A stretch of DNA of 60,938 nucleotides from Armatimonadia bacterium (GCA_039683575.1 JBDKRC010000234.1:1-60938), one strand, 5' to 3'. Numbered from the stretch's first letter, positions 10,275 to 20,248 are shown. Numbers and translations: made by a program. Notes: generated from the sequence alone by a model not told the origin.

Positions 10275-12950
10275 TCAGCGCTTGAGCGCCAGCGCTTTCT
10301 GTAGTTTGCTCATGTCGTCACTGTTCAGATAGGTGAGGGTGCTGCCGAGCGCGGAACCAGCCGGCAGCGGGTTGCCGAACAGGTCTATGAGCTCGACACC
10401 CTTGTCGCGCGGCAGCTTCCATTCGGTCTTTCCGCTGGCGCGACTGATTACCGCTACAGCCCGTCCCGGCCCCGAGAAGAGGTAGGCATAGACGCCCTCG
10501 ACCAGTGGAACAACCTTCACGAACTTGGTGTCTTCGAGCAGCCACGCGATGGTCGAGTGCGCGGCCGCATTGGGGTGCGGATAGCCGTCGGACGTGACGA
10601 ACACCGTCCACTGGCTGCTGCCGCCAAAGAAGCTGTGGCCGTGCATCGTGTACAGGAACGTCTTGGCCTCGCCCGTAGCCCGCTGGCTCAGCACGTAGCG
10701 CGCCAGGCGGTCGGACAGCCGCCAGACGTCCTCCTTATTCTCATAGGGCAGCGTGTATTTGTAGAAGCCATCGCCGGTCGCCCCGGCTTGCGGGTCGCCT
10801 TCGCTCATCCACACCGGCTTCGGCACTCTCCCGAGCTTGTCGATGATTGGTCCCACCGCATAGTTGTAGGCTTTCCCGCCGCTGTCATCCTGTGAGCCCA
10901 TCAGATCCGACGAGTAGTGGTGATAGGAGATGACGTCGCAGGTATCAAGCGCACCAAAGCCCACCAGGTCCTGCGTCCACTTGCGCCCGCTGTCGCTCCC
11001 GTAGGTGTTGAAGCCCACGATGGTCAGCTTGGGATCAACGGCATGCGCGGCCTTGAAGGCGGTCTCCTGCAGCCGCGCATAGTCAGCAGAAGGCGTCTCG
11101 CTGGGAACAAAGTGAGCGGTATAGCTTGCGCCGGCCTTGGGATCAAAGGTCAGGCTCCAGAACGCCGATCCCCACGGCTCATTCCAGACTTCGTAGCTGT
11201 CTATCACGCCCCGGTAGCGCGCTGTCACCACCCGGACGTAATTGCCGAAGTCAGCGAAGTTCTTCGGCTCCATGTAACGTTCGAAGTAGCCAGTAGTTGG
11301 CTTGCCCCAGTTCGTCGCCCAGCCGGGCGCCGTTGACAGCAGCCCCAGAATCCTCAGGTGGTGGCGACGGTAGCGCTGCAGCGCCTCATCGCGAAACTGC
11401 CACTGGCCCTGCTCCCGTTCCAGATGCGCCCAGCCAATGTACTCTGTGCCGGCATCATGCAAGCGCACCCAGTTGCTGCCAACCGCTTTGGCCATGAGCA
11501 AGTGCCGGGTGGTCGAGAGCGTATGGGTCCCGAAGCCCGAGTTCGGGGCATCCTTGCCCCAGTACCGCGGCCGGCGCAAGCGCTGCAGCACGAGTTCGTT
11601 GTAGGTGCTCAGGCGCTTGCCCGCCGCATCGTCCACCCATGCTTCGAGACGGTAGGTCCCAAACGGGTAAGCTTTGAATGGCTCGTAACGCAGCGTTCCG
11701 CTGTTCAGGAAGCCCTCCCCGAGTTTCACGGGCGGCAGCAGCTTCTCTTCGCCGCTGACGTGCACCAGACGCGTTTTGAGCAGAGCGCCAGGCGCCTTGC
11801 CGGTGACGCAATACTGCACCGCCGCTGGCTCATCAGCAAACTGCACACGCGCTGCCGACGCCTCCGACCCCGGCAGCGCCAGCGACACCTCCAGCGGCGT
11901 CTGCGGGGCATAGGCAGTGGCCACCGCCCCGCGCTCCACCTGCATGGCATCAATCCACAGCGTCCCTTTGCCCTCGATCCGCAGACCGTGACAGTTGGCC
12001 ATGAGCACTGGCTTGAAGGGCAGTTCGACCCGCTGCCAGTCGGTGCCCGACAGCTTCAGGGCCTTCTCAGCCCGCTGCTCAACCTTCCCGCCCACCACCA
12101 CCAGCTTCCCTTCCCAGTCCCCGCGCACGCTCAGGCTTGCCACGTGCTGCTCAAAACTCCACGGCACCGCAAAGGGTGCCGTATACAGCTTCACACCCTC
12201 AGGAGCCTCGATACGCAGCGCGGGCGCACCACTCGGCCCCAGCACCTGCGGATCGCTCACAACCCGCACCTGATCGCCATCGGAATAGTCGCGGTCAATT
12301 GACCAGCCGCTCTGCAGGCCCAGCGGGAAGCGCGAAATCCGTACCAGGTTGCCCTGCGCCGCCTCTGGGTACTTCGCCTTCAACTCCGCAATCAGGTCCG
12401 CCTCGGACAGCTTGACCAGCTTGAGCTTCTGCAGGTCCATACTACCATCGGCGGCGAGGTAGACATACAGCCCGATCTCCTGCGGCTGCGCGCTCACTCT
12501 CAAGTCATATGAGAAGTCCTGCCACTGGTCCGTAAGGCCGGGCGTGGCTTCCCAAACCGTGGCATAGGGGGCGCCCACGAACCGCAGAGCGAAGCTGCCG
12601 CCAGTGACACTGCGTGCGGTGAAAGTCAGACGATAGTAGCCCGCGGTCTTCTCGACTCCCGGCAGGCTATGGGTGAACTGCGCGCCGCCGCCGGACTTCT
12701 GAAGCACCCGCACGAACTTCCGTCCCGCTTCCTCAAGCGGCTGGTACTCGATGACCGTGTTCTTCTTCCAGCCGGTGTTATCCGACCAACCTTCGGGCAA
12801 AGCGCCGGTGATGCGGTTGCCGGCCTCCGGCTTCAGGTCCTCGAAGACCTTGCCGGGGCTGCCGAAGTCGGTGTCCACCAGCACCTCAGGCTCAGCGCCA
12901 GCCAACAGCGGCAGCAGCAGGAGAACAAACGCCAGGAAGCAGACCTTCAT
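10275..12950 (-). CDS. Secreted clan GH-A glycoside hydrolase (GH39/GH5-like) with CBM-like domains
   Basis: Signal peptide; YEVWNEP acid/base and PVWMSEG nucleophile motifs. Confidence 0.75.
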   Translation of the reverse strand: MKVCFLAFVLLLLPLLAGAEPEVLVDTDFGSPGKVFEDLKPEAGNRITGALPEGWSDNTGWKKNTVIEYQPLEEAGRKFVRVLQKSGGGAQFTHSLPGVEKTAGYYRLTFTARSVTGGSFALRFVGAPYATVWEATPGLTDQWQDFSYDLRVSAQPQEIGLYVYLAADGSMDLQKLKLVKLSEADLIAELKAKYPEAAQGNLVRISRFPLGLQSGWSIDRDYSDGDQVRVVSDPQVLGPSGAPALRIEAPEGVKLYTAPFAVPWSFEQHVASLSVRGDWEGKLVVVGGKVEQRAEKALKLSGTDWQRVELPFKPVLMANCHGLRIEGKGTLWIDAMQVERGAVATAYAPQTPLEVSLALPGSEASAARVQFADEPAAVQYCVTGKAPGALLKTRLVHVSGEEKLLPPVKLGEGFLNSGTLRYEPFKAYPFGTYRLEAWVDDAAGKRLSTYNELVLQRLRRPRYWGKDAPNSGFGTHTLSTTRHLLMAKAVGSNWVRLHDAGTEYIGWAHLEREQGQWQFRDEALQRYRRHHLRILGLLSTAPGWATNWGKPTTGYFERYMEPKNFADFGNYVRVVTARYRGVIDSYEVWNEPWGSAFWSLTFDPKAGASYTAHFVPSETPSADYARLQETAFKAAHAVDPKLTIVGFNTYGSDSGRKWTQDLVGFGALDTCDVISYHHYSSDLMGSQDDSGGKAYNYAVGPIIDKLGRVPKPVWMSEGDPQAGATGDGFYKYTLPYENKEDVWRLSDRLARYVLSQRATGEAKTFLYTMHGHSFFGGSSQWTVFVTSDGYPHPNAAAHSTIAWLLEDTKFVKVVPLVEGVYAYLFSGPGRAVAVISRASGKTEWKLPRDKGVELIDLFGNPLPAGSALGSTLTYLNSDDMSKLQKALALKR

Positions 12951-12983
12951 TGGTGAAAGCCCCTCTCGCGGATGATGCGTTGC

Positions 12984-14540
12984 CTACTCCGGGTCCGAGT
13001 ACACTTCAAACTCTACAATACTGGCAATGCTGTTGACGGAGTTGTGCAGACAGGTGAAGCGCACGTACTTGGCCTCACGCGGTGCGAAGCGGTCAACCTG
13101 CCAGCCGCGCCACTCGCCGGTGTCCTTGTTGACGGCCGGTTCCCAGTTGGCCTTGTCAAGCGAGGTCTCAACGCGATAGCGAAAGAACCGCCCGTCCAGG
13201 TCGAAGAACATCGTCTGCGTGCGGGCCACAGTCGCCTGCTGCGGCAATTCGACGGTGAAGCTGCCGGGGATGTAGAAGGCGCCAAACCCGTTCATGCCCC
13301 CGTAGAGGTCAATGTCACCGTCGTTGACCTTATCGGGCCCAAGCTCGTCGCCCCATTGCGGCAGCTTCAGGATGCCCTCTATCTTTGCGCCCTTACCGGC
13401 CAGAATCAGGTTCTTGCTGTTGTCACGCGTGACGATAGGCAAACCGCTGAGGTCCCACTGCCCAGAGGGCTGGTAGGTGCCCTTCACGAACTCATACACC
13501 TTCCGGTATAACTCGCGCCCCCGCCCGGGGCTCGCCGCGAGCTTCAGCACGCCTCCCCCGCCCTCGTACCACCCGAGCAGCGAGCCCGTCATCCATCCGT
13601 AGAAGGCCCCGGCATCCATATACCCAAGCATGCGCTTGTACAACTCATCATTCGTCAGTGCGCGGGCATCGAACTCCATCTCGATGCCCGCTCCGGTCAG
13701 ACGAGCAGTCTTGGCAGTGGTCTGAAAGCGGTTCAGGGGTGGAGGCGTCTCGGGGAAGAAGTAGTTCGGCTGGATCATCATTCCGGCAAAACCCAGGCGG
13801 CGCCACTCCCGGATGCCCTGCGCGCCGTTGTAGGGGATCCAGTAGTGGTTCAGGCCCAGGCCTTTGAGATAGCCGGAGGTCCACGCCGCCAGTTCGCGAT
13901 CCTGCGGCGGGATCGACTCAGGCGTCCAGTAGAAGCCTGCCAGCTTGAGGTGCCGGTACTGCCGGGCGGCAAACTGCTCCCGCACGCGGTCAATGTACCA
14001 CTTCAGCGCCGCCTGCCGGTCCTGGGGCTTGCTGAAATCCAGCTTGCCGCTCCGGCCGGGCAGCGGACCGAAGGCCGTGTCCGCCTCCAGGGGCAGGGGC
14101 AGTGTGATGACGACCGGCGACTTGCGATCCGGTTGCCCAAGCGCCTTGCCGGCCTCGGCCGTGGCGGCCTCCAGCCCGTCCAAGCCATTGCCTGGCCGAA
14201 ACCAGGCCTCCGCCAGCCAAGTCCAGTCCGCCGCCGTGGGCAGACGCTTGTCCTTCAGGTGATGGTGGATATACACGCCATCATCGGTAGCGAATTCGAT
14301 GAACAAGAAGCCGTCGAATAGCCAGTCCTGCGGCCGGCCCTGTTCGTCAACATACGCCACATAGGGCAGCAGGTTCTGCTTGTTCCACTCCGGCCGGTTC
14401 TTCGTGCCGTGGTAGATCAGCACCAGATTGCGGATGCCATCCACCTCGGCAGTCCCCGGCGGCAGGAAGCCCGGCAACTCCGCCCATAGCGGCATTGCCG
14501 CGAGCAGACCTGCCGCCACGGCCAGATGCAGCGCTCTCAT
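12984..14540 (-). CDS. DUF4855 domain protein with C-terminal discoidin (F5/8 type C)-like domain
   Basis: LPYVAY.D...DWLFDGFLF, LAGFYW..E, WIPY, QPNYFF, GIEMEFD; signal peptide; C-terminal AKYVRF...VEFEVY. Confidence 0.8.
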   Translation of the reverse strand: MRALHLAVAAGLLAAMPLWAELPGFLPPGTAEVDGIRNLVLIYHGTKNRPEWNKQNLLPYVAYVDEQGRPQDWLFDGFLFIEFATDDGVYIHHHLKDKRLPTAADWTWLAEAWFRPGNGLDGLEAATAEAGKALGQPDRKSPVVITLPLPLEADTAFGPLPGRSGKLDFSKPQDRQAALKWYIDRVREQFAARQYRHLKLAGFYWTPESIPPQDRELAAWTSGYLKGLGLNHYWIPYNGAQGIREWRRLGFAGMMIQPNYFFPETPPPLNRFQTTAKTARLTGAGIEMEFDARALTNDELYKRMLGYMDAGAFYGWMTGSLLGWYEGGGGVLKLAASPGRGRELYRKVYEFVKGTYQPSGQWDLSGLPIVTRDNSKNLILAGKGAKIEGILKLPQWGDELGPDKVNDGDIDLYGGMNGFGAFYIPGSFTVELPQQATVARTQTMFFDLDGRFFRYRVETSLDKANWEPAVNKDTGEWRGWQVDRFAPREAKYVRFTCLHNSVNSIASIVEFEVYSDPE

Positions 14541-14555
14541 GGTCCACCTCTGCGG

Positions 14556-16319
14556 CTATTCGTACGCCCGCACCTCATACACTCTCGCCTGCGGGTCGCC
14601 ATTGGTGCGCAGGATCACGATGCGGACGGCCTCGACGGGCTCGCCAGACAGGCGGTGCACCAGCTTGCGCTGGTAGTTGTCCACCACCCGTAACTGCTCG
14701 CGCCACTGCCCGCCGCTGCGCACCTCGACCACGTAATCGCGCACCGTTTCCGGCTGCGCCCCGCGCACGATGCGGGAGTTGAACGAATCGCTCTGGGTCA
14801 ATGTCAGCGGCCGTGCGAACCCGGTGTCGAAAGTCAGGTGCAGCTCCTTCAGCCAAAGGCCGCCCCCAAACTCGAGTTCCAGCCAATGCGGCCCTTTCTG
14901 GCCCTCCGCCGATACCCACTGGTGCAGATCGCCGTCGCGTAGTCGCGTCACGCCGTCGATGACCTTCTCCGGCGGGCAGTCGGGCGCCGCTGAACTGGCG
15001 GTAACGGTGGCGTTGCGGGCCACGTCGCGCCGGTCCTCATTCACCACATTCGGGATGAACTGGTCATCGCGCAGGAGAGTCTGCTGCAGTTCGGCAGCAT
15101 GATCCGCTGCCACCTGTCCCGGCAGGCACTTCTTCTTCAGCGACAACGCGGCGGCCGTCCCTGCGGCCTGTCCCATCACTGCGCCAGTCGCCGCGACGCG
15201 GGTCGAGGCCATGGCCATGTGCGTGGCGGAGTGACAGCGGCCCGCCATCATGAGGTTCTTCACATCCCGCGCGATGAGGCAGCGCAGCGGGATGCCGTAC
15301 ACATCGGGAGTGTTCAGATGCTTGCTCGGCGGCTCGGTGGAGTGGATGCCGGCCGGCGGATGGGTGTCAATGGACCAGCCGCCGTGGGCAACCGCGTCGG
15401 GGAACTGCTTGAGTTCCAGCAGGTCCACCTCGGTCAGCAGGTGCTCTCCCACGATCCGGCGGCTTTCACGCTTGCCAGGAACGAAAGAGAACCACGTCAG
15501 CGCCCAATTCTCCGCCCCGTGCTTACCGCCGTTCTTCACATGGTCCCACAGGCCCATCAGGCACGCCAGCAGGTGGTCGCGGATCTGCTCCGCATCTTTG
15601 ACGATATCAAGCTCGCCGCCATACTCGATCCACCAGTGCCCGTGGCTGAGCTCCATATGTCCCCGGTGCGGCAGCGTCTCGTCGGTGAACTTGTACGCCC
15701 ACTCCGGCGCTTTGAACGGTACGGGCACGCCCATGTCCTTCGCGATGAACATCAGCGAACAGCCCATGGTCTTGTTGTCCGGCCCCTCGGCATCGGGTTC
15801 GCCGAACTCGTCCTTACCCTCGCGGCCATAGCGGAACTCAGCCCCCGCCTCGGCACCCAGACGCCCGTCACCGCTGCAGTCTATGAAGACCCTAGCGCTG
15901 ATCTCGAACTGGTCCTCGGTGCTCTCGCGGGCTACGCGGATGCTCTTGATGAGGTTGTCTTCGACCTCGGCCCCGATGCAGGTGCTGTTGAGCAGCAAGG
16001 TCAGGTTCTTCTCCCGCGTTACAAAGTCCCACAGCACCAGGTCCCACACCTGCCCGCACCGCTGCGGGTTGCGGATGGCTTCTTCCAGCCGCATCTCCTC
16101 GAGAATGCCGCCCTCGCGGGCATGTGGCCGCCCACCGGAGCAATCCGCCCCGGTCGCGTGTACCTGTATCTCAGACGAAGTATTGCCGCCAAGCACGGGA
16201 CGATCCTGGATCAGAATGACTTTGGTTCCGTGGCGCGCAGCGGCGATGGCGGCACAGACTCCTGCAAGACCGCCGCCGACGACGGCGACGTCAGTGGTGA
16301 GGCTCGTTAGTTTGGACAT
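14556..16319 (-). CDS. FAD-dependent oxidoreductase with C-terminal discoidin-like domain
   Basis: DVAVVGGGLAGVCAAIAAARHG, LGGN.SSE, DCSGDG, KRESRRI.G; C-terminal ARVYEVRAY. Confidence 0.9.
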   Translation of the reverse strand: MSKLTSLTTDVAVVGGGLAGVCAAIAAARHGTKVILIQDRPVLGGNTSSEIQVHATGADCSGGRPHAREGGILEEMRLEEAIRNPQRCGQVWDLVLWDFVTREKNLTLLLNSTCIGAEVEDNLIKSIRVARESTEDQFEISARVFIDCSGDGRLGAEAGAEFRYGREGKDEFGEPDAEGPDNKTMGCSLMFIAKDMGVPVPFKAPEWAYKFTDETLPHRGHMELSHGHWWIEYGGELDIVKDAEQIRDHLLACLMGLWDHVKNGGKHGAENWALTWFSFVPGKRESRRIVGEHLLTEVDLLELKQFPDAVAHGGWSIDTHPPAGIHSTEPPSKHLNTPDVYGIPLRCLIARDVKNLMMAGRCHSATHMAMASTRVAATGAVMGQAAGTAAALSLKKKCLPGQVAADHAAELQQTLLRDDQFIPNVVNEDRRDVARNATVTASSAAPDCPPEKVIDGVTRLRDGDLHQWVSAEGQKGPHWLELEFGGGLWLKELHLTFDTGFARPLTLTQSDSFNSRIVRGAQPETVRDYVVEVRSGGQWREQLRVVDNYQRKLVHRLSGEPVEAVRIVILRTNGDPQARVYEVRAYE

Positions 16320-16353
16320 GGCAGGCTCCCTGTCAGTGATTGCAGAGGCAGAT

Positions 16354-16427
16354 TTCGCCGTCGGCACGCAAGGACCTGTGCCGCCAAAAGCCGACCCAGG
16401 GCAGGTCCGCAGCTTCCCTGACGCGAA
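16354..16427. promoter_or_regulatory. Divergent sigma-H-like promoter pair
   Basis: Minus CAGG-N18-GAA (16377-16354); plus GCAGG-N19-GAA (16403-16427). Confidence 0.55.
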
Positions 16428-16468
16428 GTACCCAGCCGTTGTGAACGGGCCAGGAGATGAACGAACGG

Positions 16469-17371
16469 ATGCCAACTTTTGATGTCTGCGCCCTCGGGTG
16501 CGTTTGCTGGGACTATGTGGGGATTGTTGACGAATACCCGGAGCTCGACGAGAAGGCCCTTCTGACCGATCTCATCCAGATGGGGGGCGGCCTGTCAGCT
16601 ACCGCGATGTCCGCTGTGGCGGCGCTCGGCGGCAAGGCCAAGATCTTCGGCCGCATGGGGGACGATGACTTCGGGGCCAAGATCGCGGCGGCTTTCGACT
16701 CGGAGGGCGTGGACCACTCGGGGATCGAGGTGCTGCCGGGCATCACCTCCCAGTTCGCCTTCTGCGTGGCCCACAAAGCCAGCGGGCGGCGGACGATCTT
16801 CTGGAAGCCCGGCACCTATGAGCGAATGCTGCCCGGCGAGGTTGACCTCGCGGCCCTGACCGACTGCCGCTGCCTGCTCATAGACCACCATCACCTCCGC
16901 GCGGCCGTCGAGGCGGGGCATTACGCGCGCGCTCACGGCGTGCCTGTGGTCTCCGACATCGAGCGGGTGCAGCCGGGCGCCGAGGAGTTCGTGGCCGCCA
17001 GCGACTACCCCATCGTGCCCCGCCACTTCGCCCGCGACCTCACCGGCGAAACCGACCTGCGGTTGGCCGCCGACAAGCTCCTGGCCCTCGGCCCGCAAGT
17101 GGTCATCATCACCCAGGGCGAGGAGGGCGTCACCGCCTTCCTGCGCCAAGGCGAAATCCACCAGCCGGCCTTCCAGGTGGAACCGATAGTGGACACGACG
17201 GGGGCGGGCGACGTCTTCCACGGGGCGTTCGCCTATGGCCTGGCGCTGGGACAGGCCCTGCCGGAGGCCCTGCGCTTCGCGGCAGCCGGAGCGGCTCTCT
17301 CCTGCCGCGGCCTGGGCGGCCGCGGGGCGCTGGCGACGCAAGACGAGGTAGCGGCGCTACTCCGGCTGTAG
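16469..17371 (+). CDS. PfkB family carbohydrate kinase
   Basis: GGG..ATA, G.MGDDDFG and VDTTGAGDVFHGAF signatures. Confidence 0.92.
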   Translation: MPTFDVCALGCVCWDYVGIVDEYPELDEKALLTDLIQMGGGLSATAMSAVAALGGKAKIFGRMGDDDFGAKIAAAFDSEGVDHSGIEVLPGITSQFAFCVAHKASGRRTIFWKPGTYERMLPGEVDLAALTDCRCLLIDHHHLRAAVEAGHYARAHGVPVVSDIERVQPGAEEFVAASDYPIVPRHFARDLTGETDLRLAADKLLALGPQVVIITQGEEGVTAFLRQGEIHQPAFQVEPIVDTTGAGDVFHGAFAYGLALGQALPEALRFAAAGAALSCRGLGGRGALATQDEVAALLRL

Positions 17372-17463
17372 GGCGGGGCTTGGCGATGTCCGCATCGCAG
17401 CTCGTACCCCGCCGCTTGGGTGGTCGTAGATAACGGCCGGCGGGGTACGAGCCCCCGCCCTAC
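17368..17463. repeat. REP family C inverted doublet (REPIN-like)
   Basis: GTAGGGCGGGG[~20-nt hairpin insert]CTCGTACCCCGCC followed by the inverted GGCGGGGTACGAGCCCCCGCCCTAC. Confidence 0.75.
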
Positions 17464-17483
17464 AGAGGACAGGCCTGCGCCGC

Positions 17484-18218
17484 CTAGTTGAACCCCAACG
17501 ACGCCTCCAACCTCCCCGCTACCTGCGCGCCGATGATATCCCCCGCCCGCAGCGCCATCCGGTCCAGATCCCCCGTCTCCTCGCCAATAGTGAACAGCAT
17601 CACCAGTGCCGACGGAAATCCCGACGCCACCAGGTATGGTGCCAGTGAGGTCTCCCCCTCTCGCAAGCCCTCTCTGGCCTTCATGATCCCCTCTGCCTGC
17701 CGCTCTGGCAGCACTTCCGCCGCCACCTGCATCGCCTGCAGCAGCGGCACTCCGGAGAGGAGCATCGTCCCGAACATGTGGCAAAAATACTGAATTAGCA
17801 GGTCATCCGCCACCTCCTCCAGCGCCTTCTCATACTGCCCCACTGTCTCCTCTCCCAGCGCCGCTGCCGTGGCGTATAGCGTGTACCGCTGACGGCGGTA
17901 GTCGAGTTGCTTCTGATAGAAGTCGGCGGCCCGCCGCATCGTCTCATCAAGCACTCCCCCGACCTCTCCCGCCCGCACCAGACCAATCAGGAAGCTACTG
18001 AAAAGCTCGGGATGGGCGCACATGGACTTCGAAAGCGTCTCGCCCCCTTCCACCGCGTCCATGATCTCCTTATTGGCCTGTCGCAGTGGCTCATAGGTCG
18101 TGCTCTGGTCGAGTATGTGCATGCACCGCATCAGGCTCACGCCCGACTCGATGAGCATGGCGTAGACCCGCAGATACACCGTCAGTTCCACCAGTCCGAC
18201 CGGCTCTTTATCGTGCAT
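17484..18218 (-). CDS. Type II secretion F / PilC family protein lacking transmembrane segments
   Basis: Two T2SSF repeats (SGVSL...VEGGETLS...GEVGG.LD and SGVPL...GEETGDLD) joined by a short hydrophilic linker. Confidence 0.8.
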   Translation of the reverse strand: MHDKEPVGLVELTVYLRVYAMLIESGVSLMRCMHILDQSTTYEPLRQANKEIMDAVEGGETLSKSMCAHPELFSSFLIGLVRAGEVGGVLDETMRRAADFYQKQLDYRRQRYTLYATAAALGEETVGQYEKALEEVADDLLIQYFCHMFGTMLLSGVPLLQAMQVAAEVLPERQAEGIMKAREGLREGETSLAPYLVASGFPSALVMLFTIGEETGDLDRMALRAGDIIGAQVAGRLEASLGFN

Positions 18219-18801
18219 TTTCCCATTCCTCCTCGGTAATCGGCGCCAGCGGCTGCAGCGACCTCCGCAGCCGCGCTCTCGCCCGGTGAATGCGCACCGC
18301 CACGTTCGTAGCCGTCAAATCCAGCGCCTCGGCAATCTCGGTCTGGCTCGTCTCGGTCAGCACATGCATCAGCAGCGCCAGCCGCGATTTCTCCGGCAGT
18401 TCCTCCAGCGCCCGCTGCAACTCCCGCCAGGTCTCCCGCCGCGCCGCCTCGGTGAAGGCATCCTCATGCACCAGACGCCGGTAATCCTGCCCGGGGTCAA
18501 CCGTCTCCTCCGGGTCGCGCCGCCACCACCTGCGGCAGCGGTTCAGCGCGATTGTGCGCAGCCATGCCGGGAAGGCCCGCGGCTCGCGCAGGCCCGGCAA
18601 CCCCTGCATCACGTCCTGCAGGGCCTCCTGGGTCAGGTCTTCGGCGACTTCGGGTTGGTGGATACGGTCGAGGATGAGCGCGTAGAGGATGGGCCGGGCC
18701 CGCTGCAGCAGTGGATTCAGCGCCGTTGGCCGTCGCTGGGCCACAGCGGCGAGTTCGGCCAGAGAGACACGCTCAGGTTCTGCGGCTGCGACGGCGTTCA
18801 T
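18208..18801 (-). CDS. ECF sigma-70 factor
   Basis: AEDLTQEA, F.AWL..IA.N (sigma2); LPEKSR...EIAEAL....V..RIHRAR.RLR (sigma4). Confidence 0.92.
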   Translation of the reverse strand: MNAVAAAEPERVSLAELAAVAQRRPTALNPLLQRARPILYALILDRIHQPEVAEDLTQEALQDVMQGLPGLREPRAFPAWLRTIALNRCRRWWRRDPEETVDPGQDYRRLVHEDAFTEAARRETWRELQRALEELPEKSRLALLMHVLTETSQTEIAEALDLTATNVAVRIHRARARLRRSLQPLAPITEEEWENAR

Positions 18802-18808
18802 TGATTAG

Positions 18809-18837
18809 TAAGATGCCCGCTGCGGACGGTTCTTACA
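18809..18837 (-). promoter_or_regulatory. Putative ECF-type autoregulatory promoter, leaderless
   Basis: TGTAAG-N16-CATCTTA ending 7 nt before the ATG; no SD sequence. Confidence 0.45.
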
Positions 18838-20236
18838 GCCCCCGCTCACATTCCTCCCAAATCGCGTCCAGTGCCCGCTGCTGGTCGTCCGGCAGATGGA
18901 AGTCATGCGCCGCGATGCGGCCTCGCGCGGTCTCGCGCAGGCGCTCTCGCAACTCCTTCGCCCCGTCCGCCTGCCATGTCTGCAGCATCCGGTGGTCAAA
19001 CAACTCAGGCTCCCAGAACGCCGTACGGTAGTTGTCGAGGGTGGTATCGTGCTCGAGGAACGTCCCCTTCTGCGCCACTTCCCGAATCGCCTCGACCGCC
19101 AGCGTCTCCTCAGAGAACTCGAAGCCCCGCAGCGTTGCCTTCGCGTACTGCACGATCTCGTAGTCCAGCACGACCTGCTCGGGCGAATAGATCTCGTCCA
19201 CGCTCAGAAGCCCCGCGTTGGTGAACAGCCGCGCGCCCGCCAGCGCCGCCGCCATCGTGTGCGCCGACTTCTCCGCCGCCGCATGGGCATCGGGCTCGCG
19301 ACTGGCGGTCAGGAGGGATTTGGCACATACCGGAATGCCGTAGCGCCCATTCAGTTGCACCTGAAGCAGCGTCGCCCAGAGGTCCTCCGGCGAGCCATAC
19401 ACAAAGCTCCCATAGCGCATGTCGAAGGGGTAAGCGCGGACGCTGTCAATGACGGAGCAGTACACCGGGACGCCGCCGCCGATGACATGCAGCAGCGTGA
19501 GACCGGCGAATAGCTCGGCGAGGCTCTGGACGTAGGAACCGACGGGGAAGACTGGTGAGGTGGCGCCCATGATCGGCATGGTCGCGATCCACAGCGGACA
19601 GCGCCGGTGGAGATGATGGTGGATGACGTTCAGGTCATCGTCATTGATGCGGAAGGGGCTGATGACCCACGCGCCCAGCGGAATCTCCGCGCCAACGACC
19701 TCCGCCATGCGGAAGACCGCCTCAGCGACCTCAGGCGTCGCGCGGGGATTGGCATCCAGCGCCGGGACATGCTTGCGCGGCGCGACCTCAAAGACCGCCT
19801 TCTGCAGCGCAATCTCCTGCAGCGGCCCCGGCAGGTCCCGTGGCAGCACCGGGGCGGAACCCAGCATGCCGTAGGAGTCCGCCAGCTTGGTCAGGTCATA
19901 CAGGTCGGCATGGGTAGCGGGCCGAATCCGCCCGTCCTGCAGGTCTGTCACATTCAGACAGTACGCGCCGGACACGATGTCGAAGTCACACTCGAAAAGC
20001 CCAGGCGGGTAGCTTTGCGCCGCGATGGCCTCTTCGACCAGCTCAGCCTCAAACGTCAGCCGCCCGCCGTGGTCCGTAACGCCCCGATTCCGCGCCGCCA
20101 GCTCCCGAATGGGGCCATGCCCCACCTTCATCCCCACAGTGCCACACAGGCCCAGCATCGCGCGGTGCATCTGCTCGGCCTGGTCCGTTGAGAGCCCCCC
20201 CTGCAGGCTGTAGCTGATCTTCCCAAACTGGCTCAT
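18833..20236 (-). CDS. Trimethylamine methyltransferase (MttB) family protein, non-pyrrolysine
   Basis: GATSP, DMRYG...GSPE, PDAHAAAEK, AGLLS....SPEQ..LD.EI, LAVEAIREV...FL..D.T; no in-frame amber codon. Confidence 0.88.
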   Translation of the reverse strand: MSQFGKISYSLQGGLSTDQAEQMHRAMLGLCGTVGMKVGHGPIRELAARNRGVTDHGGRLTFEAELVEEAIAAQSYPPGLFECDFDIVSGAYCLNVTDLQDGRIRPATHADLYDLTKLADSYGMLGSAPVLPRDLPGPLQEIALQKAVFEVAPRKHVPALDANPRATPEVAEAVFRMAEVVGAEIPLGAWVISPFRINDDDLNVIHHHLHRRCPLWIATMPIMGATSPVFPVGSYVQSLAELFAGLTLLHVIGGGVPVYCSVIDSVRAYPFDMRYGSFVYGSPEDLWATLLQVQLNGRYGIPVCAKSLLTASREPDAHAAAEKSAHTMAAALAGARLFTNAGLLSVDEIYSPEQVVLDYEIVQYAKATLRGFEFSEETLAVEAIREVAQKGTFLEHDTTLDNYRTAFWEPELFDHRMLQTWQADGAKELRERLRETARGRIAAHDFHLPDDQQRALDAIWEECERGL

Positions 20237-20248
20237 GTCGTGTCTCCG

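Noticed and set aside
18833-20236. Pyrrolysine-containing MttB
   Set aside because: The ORF is full length with no internal TAG.
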